DNA of 64,000 nucleotides from a virus: IMG/VR virus record IMGVR_UViG_3300035670_000034, positions 72,199 to 136,198 of that record; one strand, 5' to 3'. Shown piece by piece: positions 56,139 to 64,000 of this stretch (position 1 is its first letter; each line of letters starts with the position of its first letter). The notes under the pieces were generated by a model. It saw only the letters and a program-made list of their open reading frames with translations, ran no database searches and was not told where the DNA came from. The position numbers and the translations under genes were made by a program.

Positions 56139-56984
56139 ATGGCCGTTAACGGCGGAGTCAAAAATTGGGCATCTGGTCAAGTTCTTGATGCTGCAGATTT
56201 AAATGAATATGTTGCAGACCAAACAATTGCAAGATTTGCAACAATTGCAGCCAGAACTGCCGCTTACGGAGTTTCTGGCGCACCAGCGCTTCAGACTGGC
56301 ATGTTTAGTTGGGTTGAGTCGACGGAAAAGTTGTACTACTACGACGGAACTTCATGGGAAGAGGTTGGCGCACAGGTTGAAGACGGTGAAATCACCGAAG
56401 CAAAACTTGCCGACTCTGCCGTAACCTCTGCAAAAATTGCCAATGGCACCATTGTGGATGCCGATGTAAATACCTCAGCCGCTATAGCCCACAGCAAATT
56501 GGCAAGCATTACTGCTGGACAGGTGCTCCTTGGAAACGCGAGCAATGTTCCAACCGCTACGGCACTAAGCGGAGACGTTACTGTCAACTCGACTGGGGTG
56601 ACCGCAATCACTTCTGGCGTGATTGTCAACGCTGACATAAGTTCGACGGCCGCCATTGAGAGAGGCAAGATTGCTGATTTGTCGATTGACACCAAGACGG
56701 CTAACTATTCTTTGGTTCTTGGCGATAAGAACAAAGTAATTGAAATGAACGTCGGTTCCGCCAACACGGTAACAGTGCCGCTTAATTCTGCTCATGCGTT
56801 TCCAATTGGCTCTCAGGTGACCATCACTCAGTATGGCGCTGGCAAGACACAAGTCGTTGGCACTGGTGGTGTTACTGTCAGGGCAACACCAGGTTCATAC
56901 CTAAGAGCCCAATATTCGACGGCGACCCTGATTAAAAGAGGAACCGACGAGTGGTATTTGATTGGTGATTTGAGCCTGACGTGA
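56139..56984 (+). CDS. tail-fibre-like structural protein
   Basis: repeated AVTSAKIANGTIVDAD-type units; C-terminal YLRAQYSTATLIKRGTDEWYLIGDL. Confidence 0.7.
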   Translation: MAVNGGVKNWASGQVLDAADLNEYVADQTIARFATIAARTAAYGVSGAPALQTGMFSWVESTEKLYYYDGTSWEEVGAQVEDGEITEAKLADSAVTSAKIANGTIVDADVNTSAAIAHSKLASITAGQVLLGNASNVPTATALSGDVTVNSTGVTAITSGVIVNADISSTAAIERGKIADLSIDTKTANYSLVLGDKNKVIEMNVGSANTVTVPLNSAHAFPIGSQVTITQYGAGKTQVVGTGGVTVRATPGSYLRAQYSTATLIKRGTDEWYLIGDLSLT

Positions 56985-57661
56985 TTCCTGGCAATACCGC
57001 TAGTCAGGGCAAGAAGCCTTCAACGCCGACCATCGGCACGGCTACTGCTGGTAATGCCCAGGCCACGGTTACGTTCACTGAGTCCTCATATCGCGGTAAA
57101 TCAAATTCTGGAACCTATAGGGCCACTTCGTCACCCAGCAGCATTCAGGGAACTTGCACTGCTCCGTGCTCCTCAATAACTGTCACTGGCTTGTCAAATG
57201 GAACCGCTTATACATTTGCTGTAAAACTTGAAACTCCGTATGGGGTTGATTCGGATAACACAGCGTCTAGCAATTCGGTGACACCAGTTGTTCCACCAGT
57301 TGTTCCACCAGTTGTTCCACCAGTTGTTCCACCAGTTGTTCCACCAGTTACGCCACCAGTTGTTCCACCAGTTACGCCACCAGTTAACCCACCAGTTAAC
57401 CCACCAGTTAACCCACCGGTTAACCCACCAGTTGACCCACCAGTTAACCCACCAGTTAACCCATGTGCTGGCGTTAACTGTGGTTCATATGGCGCACCTC
57501 CAGGTGGCGTATGGATTTATCAATACGACTATTACCAGTGTATTCAAGAACTCTGTGGTCCGTTTAACGGTCTTTGGAGGGCGTACATATCATCTGATGG
57601 TTGTTGCGTATATGGATTGTTTGTTAGTTGTCAATTCGGTGACTCCAGTTGTCCAACATGA
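56981..57661 (+). CDS. FN3-like + Pro-rich (PPVV/PPVN)n + Cys-rich protein
   Basis: PTIGTATAGNAQATVTF...VTGLSNGTAYTF...SNSVTP; 12-bp tandem CCACCAGTT(G/A)(T/A)(T/C) repeats at ~57290-57460. Confidence 0.7.
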   Translation: MIPGNTASQGKKPSTPTIGTATAGNAQATVTFTESSYRGKSNSGTYRATSSPSSIQGTCTAPCSSITVTGLSNGTAYTFAVKLETPYGVDSDNTASSNSVTPVVPPVVPPVVPPVVPPVVPPVTPPVVPPVTPPVNPPVNPPVNPPVNPPVDPPVNPPVNPCAGVNCGSYGAPPGGVWIYQYDYYQCIQELCGPFNGLWRAYISSDGCCVYGLFVSCQFGDSSCPT

Positions 57662-57690
57662 TACAGTAATTAAAACAAAGAAGGATAAAT

Positions 57691-57906
57691 ATGCAACAAC
57701 AGTTTTATATCCCACAATACGACCCAAAAACATTACTTGGATTTGCATTTGTATGCGATGGAGAAGTGGCATATATAATAAAACTGCCACCAGAACAAGA
57801 ACACTTTGTCTCAGTATTGCAATCTAATCCAACAATAGTTGAATTTAAAGATGATGAAGCCGCAATGGGGGATAAATACGTTGAAGGGAAATTTATAAAA
57901 CAATGA
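57691..57906 (+). CDS. hypothetical protein
   Basis: AAGGA SD; coupled ORF. Confidence 0.6.
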   Translation: MQQQFYIPQYDPKTLLGFAFVCDGEVAYIIKLPPEQEHFVSVLQSNPTIVEFKDDEAAMGDKYVEGKFIKQ

Positions 57907-58130
57907 CATCGGCTTGGAAAAAGTATAAAGAAAAATTAGGTGATACTAGGCCATGGGATGTTTTAAATAAAAACAATCACACAACCGAAGACATCGCGCA
58001 AGAGCGATTTTCAATATGTTTGCAATGCCCTGAGTTGATTAAAGCAACAAAACAATGCAAGCAATGTGGTTGTTTTATGAATATGAAAGTAAAACTATCA
58101 AATGCTGTATGCCCTCTTGGTAAGTGGTGA
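57903..58130 (+). CDS. small CxxC protein
   Basis: CLQCP...CKQCGCFM...CPLGKW. Confidence 0.7.
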   Translation: MTSAWKKYKEKLGDTRPWDVLNKNNHTTEDIAQERFSICLQCPELIKATKQCKQCGCFMNMKVKLSNAVCPLGKW

Positions 58131-59464
58131 TGTTAACAAAAGATATCTTGTTTGAACTTCCTGATGTTTTATCTGAGCCAAAAATAATAAAAAATTTTTT
58201 TCCCGAAAACATGATGGAGCGCATTAAACAAGCAATTACAAAAACCCAAATTGGTACAGAAAAATCAAAATTTCATACCATGCTGGCAAGATGGGAGGCG
58301 CCAGTTCGATTTGACGAAGATATTGAAGAATATTGCCTACAAAAAGCAAAAGAAATATTCAACGATGATTCTTTAAAAAAAGCATATTTTTTTGTTGTCA
58401 AATATCAAATAAAAGACGGTTGCATACCCCACCTGTGGGAACACACCGACCAAAATGGAACGCAAACAACAATAGACATAACAATAGAAAATACTGCCAA
58501 CTGGGGATTGATTGTTGAGGGAAAGCATTTTGAACAAAATCCAAATGACGCAATAATTTTCTGCGGCCAACAACACATGCATGCAAGACCCCCATATCCA
58601 ACAAAAGACACAAACGCATACACAACTGTATTATTTTTGCACTTTACACAACCAGAGCATTGGATTCAAAAAAATGCAAAAGATGGTTTTCATAAATATG
58701 GAGCAGATGGAGACGCAAGATTTTTTAATCGCAATCGTTATTTTGCTATGCCAGACGGTCCGATAAATCAACCAGTTTGTCAATGTCATGATTATTCGGT
58801 AATACTAAGATTTTATGATGAATTTTTTGGTGATTTAATTGATTCTCAACCAGAAATTGTTGATATGCAGATTGACAGCAGAGAAGAACTCGCCCCAGGA
58901 ATAATTAAATATAAAATACCAAAAACATCGGCGAGAATTCTTAAGGGCTTAATTCAAAATGCAATGTTCAAGCAATGGGAGCCAGCAGAAGTTTTGGTTG
59001 AAGACGATAAACCTGGGATTAATTACGATGCCAGAAATTGTTTTAATTATTTTATAAGCGAAAAACAATTAACTTGTCACCCCCAGGACCCAATTAGACG
59101 TGTTACTGAATCTTTACAAAAAGGTTTTAACTTAATTATTGAGGATTTTAGGAGCAGATATAGCATTGTTCCTCTCGTTTCTCACCATAGTGCTCTTCTT
59201 CGTTACGAAGAGGGAAACAAATTTCACAATCACATTGATGACCACCCCCAATTTCCAAGAGTTGTGTCAATGTCTTTGTTTCTAAACGATGACTTTGAGG
59301 GTGGAGAACTTGAATTCAAAGAATTTAATTTAAAAATAAAACCAGTAGCAGGGGAAGTTGTTGTATTTTCTTCTGGGTTCCCCTACATGCATCGAGTTCA
59401 TCCAGTTACAAGCGGCGTACGATATGCAGTGGTGAAGTGGTACAGTTACAAAAATGAAAAATAA
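58124..59464 (+). CDS. tandem 2OG-Fe(II) oxygenase (prolyl-4-hydroxylase-like)
   Basis: HTD...HMHAR and HIDD...LNDDFEGGEL...HRVHPVTSGVRY. Confidence 0.82.
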   Translation: MVMLTKDILFELPDVLSEPKIIKNFFPENMMERIKQAITKTQIGTEKSKFHTMLARWEAPVRFDEDIEEYCLQKAKEIFNDDSLKKAYFFVVKYQIKDGCIPHLWEHTDQNGTQTTIDITIENTANWGLIVEGKHFEQNPNDAIIFCGQQHMHARPPYPTKDTNAYTTVLFLHFTQPEHWIQKNAKDGFHKYGADGDARFFNRNRYFAMPDGPINQPVCQCHDYSVILRFYDEFFGDLIDSQPEIVDMQIDSREELAPGIIKYKIPKTSARILKGLIQNAMFKQWEPAEVLVEDDKPGINYDARNCFNYFISEKQLTCHPQDPIRRVTESLQKGFNLIIEDFRSRYSIVPLVSHHSALLRYEEGNKFHNHIDDHPQFPRVVSMSLFLNDDFEGGELEFKEFNLKIKPVAGEVVVFSSGFPYMHRVHPVTSGVRYAVVKWYSYKNEK

Positions 59465-60149
59465 ATACAAAAAATTTTATTTTTTGCATATTGACCATAC
59501 AGTTTCAAAAACCATAACATTTCGCATGTTTCCTAGACTTTATGACGTTCTTGAAATTAATGGAATTCAAGCCCATTCACTAAACAACAATCACAGCCAA
59601 CACAATTTATGGAAAGAGCATGACGACTCGACGTTTATATTCAGTGCAGTCAGGGAGCCTTTTTATTACTCAATGTCAGAGTTTTGTTATTTTGTAAATT
59701 ATGGAAAAAACAACAAAAGAACTCACAACATGGGAAGGGATAGAGATTGCCCCTTTTTTACGAACGAAAAATTTATTAATTGGGTTGAAAATGATATGAA
59801 TTCAAATTATCAATCAAGAATAATTTCTGGTTGGGGTTGCAAATATTTGCAAGAAGAAGTAAATGAAAAAATACTTAGTTTAAACACAAAAAGAATTAAC
59901 ATGTTAATTAAAGCGGAATTTATAAAAAATAATGAAAACAAATTATGCAACATGATACTTTCTGAATTTGGGATTGACCACACCTTCGACTATTATTCTC
60001 CAGACTACGAAACAGTATTTATGCCGTTTGGAGATTTTGCAAAACAACTTCAACCATTGATTGAATCAAACCCAAAACATGTGGAACTAATAAAAAAATC
60101 CAACAAGCATGACGACGCTGTCTATTCGATTGCTAAACCTATTTTTTGA
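59454..60149 (+). CDS. sulfotransferase-like protein
   Basis: FYFLHID...FSAVREPF...NYQSR. Confidence 0.45.
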   Translation: MKNKYKKFYFLHIDHTVSKTITFRMFPRLYDVLEINGIQAHSLNNNHSQHNLWKEHDDSTFIFSAVREPFYYSMSEFCYFVNYGKNNKRTHNMGRDRDCPFFTNEKFINWVENDMNSNYQSRIISGWGCKYLQEEVNEKILSLNTKRINMLIKAEFIKNNENKLCNMILSEFGIDHTFDYYSPDYETVFMPFGDFAKQLQPLIESNPKHVELIKKSNKHDDAVYSIAKPIF

Positions 60150-61081
60150 ACTAATTCGTTGTATACGTTTTCGTATGATTCCAAATTAAACAAATCAATG
60201 TAATTAAAATTTGCATTTATTACGGATTTGATATCAACATCATATGAATGATTAAACCATCTTTGAGTTTTGATGCAATAAAAAGTTGTATTGTTGTCAC
60301 AAAATATTCCGTTCCACGTGTTGGCGCCTATGAGGCCAGCAACATGTGTGGCATTGTACATGTATTTTATTTGATTTTCTAATTCCATCCCAGAAAAATC
60401 GATAACAGTAAACCCAGACTGAACAAAGTAATCCTCTATGGCTTCATCTACGTAAATTTCATTTGGTCTCGAAATATGAGTTTTTGAATTACTTGCGTTT
60501 AACACAGCACTAACTTTTTTTCTTGAAACGTACACTTTTTGCGGATATGACAAATCTTTGATTAAAAAATCTTGCAAAAAATCTCTAACTTCTTTGTTGT
60601 TTGTGTGTTTGAATTGGTCAAAATGAGGAAACTCTGAGGACACAAAAACTACTGCGCTGTCGTATATAACGGCTATTTTTTCAAAATGTAAATGTAAATT
60701 GTTCATCAAATCGTAATTTAAAAAAACAATTGGATTTTTCATTTGATTTACCAACAAATCAAAAATTGTCTGAATTGGTTTATTTGTATCGTGATAATCA
60801 AGCGTTAAAACTGGAGTTTCAATCCAAATGGGTTTTACTGTTTCATCTATGTGTTTTTTATAATACAAAAAAGAACCAACATATTCTTTTAAAAAATGAA
60901 AATAGTGACTTGCTGGAGATATTGGCATATACGTACCGCTGAAATATCTCGGTGATGTCGTGGCGTTTTCTGAACCAAATACGACGTCGCCAAAAATAAA
61001 AATAGTGTTGTCGCCATGGTCAAACGTTTGCAACGAAGAAAATTTAACTCCAGGTTTTAATGGATTTATTTCAATATCCAT
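60122..61081 (-). CDS. glycosyltransferase family 61 (DUF563)-like
   Basis: YFHFLKEY...KVYVSR...SGFTVIDFSGMELENQIKYMYNATHVAGLIGAN. Confidence 0.7.
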   Translation of the reverse strand: MDIEINPLKPGVKFSSLQTFDHGDNTIFIFGDVVFGSENATTSPRYFSGTYMPISPASHYFHFLKEYVGSFLYYKKHIDETVKPIWIETPVLTLDYHDTNKPIQTIFDLLVNQMKNPIVFLNYDLMNNLHLHFEKIAVIYDSAVVFVSSEFPHFDQFKHTNNKEVRDFLQDFLIKDLSYPQKVYVSRKKVSAVLNASNSKTHISRPNEIYVDEAIEDYFVQSGFTVIDFSGMELENQIKYMYNATHVAGLIGANTWNGIFCDNNTTFYCIKTQRWFNHSYDVDIKSVINANFNYIDLFNLESYENVYNELVQKIGLAIE

Positions 61082-61082
61082 T

Positions 61083-62141
61083 TTATTCCTCCGAATACCA
61101 TCCGTCTTCCCACAGCGTAGAAAGACGCTTGAAGTACTTGTTGTAGCGAAGTGCCACGGCATCTAATCCATAGTGCGTCACGGCGTATTCTCTAATCTTC
61201 CTGCGGTCTAGGGACTTCGCCTTCTCCATCGCCTCAATGAAATCTTTCAAGGTTCTGCACCGATAGCCGTTCAAGCCGTTGGTTACCGTTTCGGTGAAAG
61301 CACCCCAATCAGTAGTTATCGCTGGGGTTCCGCAAGCCTGCGATTCAATTACGACCGTGCCGAACGGCTCCACGTAAATGGTTGGCGCGAACGATGCAAT
61401 CGCGTTACCGAATAATTCGGCGCGCCTCTCCGAGCCGACTACACCCACGTATTCTCCGTACGAAGGTGGAACACCCTGCCCTGCGATGAGCAGTCTGGCG
61501 CCGACTTTCTTGCAGGCTTCCACGGCGATGTTGAAGCCCTTGCGTTCTATGAGGCGCCCCATGAACAAGTAGTAATCTCTCGGTTCTTCTACGAACGGGA
61601 ACTGGGTGATGTCTATATAAGCGGGAATGACTGCATCATAGAACTTGCCGTCAGCCGCCGCAGGGTTCTTGGCTTCCGCACCGTATATGGAGTGCATCCA
61701 TGCATACGACTCAAACACCCGGTACTTGGCGAATGTTCCTGGGTATCCGATGCCAAACTCAACCGTCATATGATTTGGATAGGCGTAGGCGATTGACCTG
61801 TGCGAATAACCGCCGATTACGCAGATGAAGTCTCGTTCCTCTAGGCGACCGCGCATTTCTTTCACGACTGTCTGGTTGAACTTGACCCAATGAGGCTTGG
61901 AGTCGTCAAACGACGCCATCGTGTAGTGCCCGCCGTTGCAGGCGGCGAGTCTTTCTTTCTCCGTGAAGCACTGAATGTGCTCGTCGCATGGTGCTTCGTT
62001 TTTATCCCCTGAATAGACATACACCGTGTGCCCGAGGGATTTCATCATGATGGCAAACTTGCGCACTTTTTCGGTGAAGGCGCACGCCGTGAAATCCAGT
62101 GTCGTTTGGGTGTGTGGCAAACTCACCACATGGAATCGCAT
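61083..62141 (-). CDS. GT-B (GT4-like) glycosyltransferase
   Basis: FMGRLIERKG...EPFGTVVIESQACGTPAITTDWGAFTETV. Confidence 0.85.
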   Translation of the reverse strand: MRFHVVSLPHTQTTLDFTACAFTEKVRKFAIMMKSLGHTVYVYSGDKNEAPCDEHIQCFTEKERLAACNGGHYTMASFDDSKPHWVKFNQTVVKEMRGRLEERDFICVIGGYSHRSIAYAYPNHMTVEFGIGYPGTFAKYRVFESYAWMHSIYGAEAKNPAAADGKFYDAVIPAYIDITQFPFVEEPRDYYLFMGRLIERKGFNIAVEACKKVGARLLIAGQGVPPSYGEYVGVVGSERRAELFGNAIASFAPTIYVEPFGTVVIESQACGTPAITTDWGAFTETVTNGLNGYRCRTLKDFIEAMEKAKSLDRRKIREYAVTHYGLDAVALRYNKYFKRLSTLWEDGWYSEE

Positions 62142-62150
62142 GTGGCGAGT

Positions 62151-62420
62151 CTAGTCTTCTGTGGGTTCGCTTTCTGGTGTTACGAACTCGTCTAGTTCAG
62201 CGTCGTAGCGGTCACCGATACCAGCGTACTTGCCACGAAAGTTGGCGTTGATTGAAGTCTGCTTCCATGCGCCATCAAGTTTTAGAACATTTGCAATAAA
62301 AGCACGACCAGCAGCATCAGTATCAGGGAAAGATAAAGTTGGTTCACCAACATCGGTATTGGCAATCACAATCACATTTGTCACGATGTTGTTTTCATCC
62401 AGCGAAGCAAAATGTGCCAT
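62151..62420 (-). CDS. small tail-associated conserved protein
   Basis: MAHFASLDENNIV...WKQTSINANFRGKYAGIGDRYDAELDEF. Confidence 0.7.
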   Translation of the reverse strand: MAHFASLDENNIVTNVIVIANTDVGEPTLSFPDTDAAGRAFIANVLKLDGAWKQTSINANFRGKYAGIGDRYDAELDEFVTPESEPTED

Positions 62421-62422
62421 AA

Positions 62423-63304
62423 CTATCCCTTCTTGTATTTGATGATGATTACGCCGCCCTTGCCAGCAGCACCAGCACGGCGAGCAGTATTGTTGCCACC
62501 GCCACCGCCGCCGCCAGAACCATAAGAAACACCTGCACTCGCCCCAGCACTAGTATTAGAAGAACCGTTTCCGCCACCAGTTCCGCCAACACCAGGCGTT
62601 TGTGTAGTTGTTCCACCACCACCACCAGCGCACAAAGTTGTCATTCCCGACAACGAAGTAAAGTTAGCAGAAGTCAAGTTCGCATCCGCTGTAGTCAGCG
62701 TGTACCCAGCACCACCATTCTTGGTTGAACCTGCCGCAGTTGCACCACCACCGCCACCACCATAACCGCCACCAGAGCCAGATGCGCCAGCATTCGTATT
62801 GGAACCGCTGGCAGAACCGCCTGAGGCAGAACTGTATTCACCAGCACCACCACCACCGCTACCACCATTAGCACCAGTGCCGCTGTCAGCAGAACCGCCG
62901 CCACCACCACCAAGTGCTGTAACAGTAGAAACACCAGTAAAAGTGGATGTACCGCCAGTACCGCCTTTACCCGATGAACTGGTTTGTCCACCACCGCCGC
63001 CACCGACAGTGCAAGTGTATGCAGTCGCAGAAAAACTCTGCGACGCAAACAAATCAAGTTCCCCAGCACCACCACCACCACCGTAGCCAGTGCCACCACC
63101 AGCACCGCCACCAGCAACCAAAACTTCGGCATCGGTTGCCTGAAGAAATTGAATACTTCCACTAGAGGTAAAGATGTGGTAAACGGTATCTCCGATTACT
63201 TTGGTTTCATTTCCACCAGAAGCCTTTAGACCCAAAGAAGGGGTACCCCGCTTAGTCCAGTTGGAGACTGATGTGCCTGAGCGTGTACGCTCACCGTAAC
63301 GCAT
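62423..63304 (-). CDS. glycine-rich tail protein
   Basis: YHIFTSSG...VAGGGAGG...GGKGGVIIIKY. Confidence 0.75.
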   Translation of the reverse strand: MRYGERTRSGTSVSNWTKRGTPSLGLKASGGNETKVIGDTVYHIFTSSGSIQFLQATDAEVLVAGGGAGGGTGYGGGGGAGELDLFASQSFSATAYTCTVGGGGGGQTSSSGKGGTGGTSTFTGVSTVTALGGGGGGSADSGTGANGGSGGGGAGEYSSASGGSASGSNTNAGASGSGGGYGGGGGGATAAGSTKNGGAGYTLTTADANLTSANFTSLSGMTTLCAGGGGGTTTQTPGVGGTGGGNGSSNTSAGASAGVSYGSGGGGGGGNNTARRAGAAGKGGVIIIKYKKG

Positions 63305-63313
63305 CGCTACCCC

Positions 63314-63661
63314 TTACGCCGTGATGCGATTCACATAGCCGCCAATCATCACAACATTGGCTGACGCGGCAAAAGCACGCACCACAACTGAACCAGTAAC
63401 AACCAAACCTGGAACTACAAGAATCAAACCAGACTCTGCGGTAATCGTCTGCTCGATGAGGTCGTCTGGCGAAGACGTGCCGCCGAACTCAATCGTCAAC
63501 TTGCGGTCGGTTGTATCGGAGTTGACTGCATACAGCCAAATCTCGTCTTGTGCCGTGGCGTGCGCCGTGTGAATGGTCGTTCCCGCAGTAGCGGTTGCCA
63601 CAACCTTTATGAGCCGACCGTTTGTCGAGCCGCTCAGTAGTTCTTTGCTAAATACAGCCAT
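63314..63661 (-). CDS. structural hypothetical protein
   Basis: beta-rich ORF in the tail operon. Confidence 0.65.
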   Translation of the reverse strand: MAVFSKELLSGSTNGRLIKVVATATAGTTIHTAHATAQDEIWLYAVNSDTTDRKLTIEFGGTSSPDDLIEQTITAESGLILVVPGLVVTGSVVVRAFAASANVVMIGGYVNRITA

Positions 63662-63668
63662 GATTCTC

Positions 63669-63893
63669 CTATCCGAAAATCTGTGTTGCTAAGACGACTT
63701 GGTCGTTGTCTCCAGAGGTAATCGCATTCGATGGCAACGATGAGTACGAAAGGCTCGTCCAAGCCGTTGAACCGTTGCCAATCTTATATCTGCCAGTGTC
63801 GGTCTCCAAGGCGAGTTCGCCAGCAGCCAAGGTCGGGTTTGACGCCGTCCAAGCGGCGGCAGTTCCTCGTCTTAGTTGAATAGTTACAGCCAT
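63669..63893 (-). CDS. major-tropism-determinant N-terminal-like (tail-fibre anchor) protein
   Basis: IQLRRGTAAAWTASNPTLAAGELALETDTGRYKIGNG. Confidence 0.75.
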   Translation of the reverse strand: MAVTIQLRRGTAAAWTASNPTLAAGELALETDTGRYKIGNGSTAWTSLSYSSLPSNAITSGDNDQVVLATQIFG

Positions 63894-64000
63894 TTAGACA
63901 CCTCCCCCGTCGAGGGTTGCGATACCGCCGTAGACCGAATCGGGTCCACCGCCGTCAACATTGTTTACCAGAGTAGCACTTGTTATGAGTATCCAAGCGG
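63894..64000 (-). CDS. 3' end of a structural gene truncated by the window edge
   Basis: reads ...VDGGGPDSVYGGIATLDGGGV-stop. Confidence 0.55.
   Translation of the reverse strand, partial: AWILITSATLVNNVDGGGPDSVYGGIATLDGGGV

Noticed and set aside
63669-64000. Diversity-generating retroelement suggested by the Mtd-N-like domain
   Set aside because: No reverse transcriptase or TR/VR repeat pair is visible in this window.
1-64000. tRNA/rRNA genes
   Set aside because: I saw no convincing T-loop (GTTCRA) cloverleaf or rRNA signature; tRNAscan-SE would be needed to exclude them.

Overview
A 64-kb segment of a large dsDNA phage that probably infects an actinobacterium (two WhiB genes, leaderless sigmaA-type promoters, perfect DnaA boxes). 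Layout, left to right: (1) a replication/metabolism block with WhiB, primase-helicase, AdoMetDC and a SNF2/HARP helicase; (2) a 1.1-kb non-coding array of G(C/T)CCCGT repeats; (3) a 3355-aa multidomain protein punctuated by nine G-L/I-x-S linkers; (4) ssb and a Zn-dependent deacetylase; (5) about 21 kb of small genes organised as cassettes. The cassettes are driven by at least 34 copies of one promoter (G-TTGnnn-TAnnn-CATTATTGCCTG-TAAGGT; 28 have a start codon exactly 6 nt downstream). They are interleaved with about 14 copies of a second, strand-polarised motif (ACGGTGGYGGAAAG) and three DnaA-box clusters. After these come (6) a MoxR AAA/vWA pair, RHH regulators, a second WhiB, an HslV-like protease and a metallophosphoesterase; (7) a lysis cassette coupled to a membrane-anchored C-type-lectin protein; and (8) tail genes with an inverted, partly AT-rich 2OG-oxygenase/glycosyltransferase island. 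All product calls come from motif recognition by eye, with no database searches. Repeat counts are manual and are minimum values.
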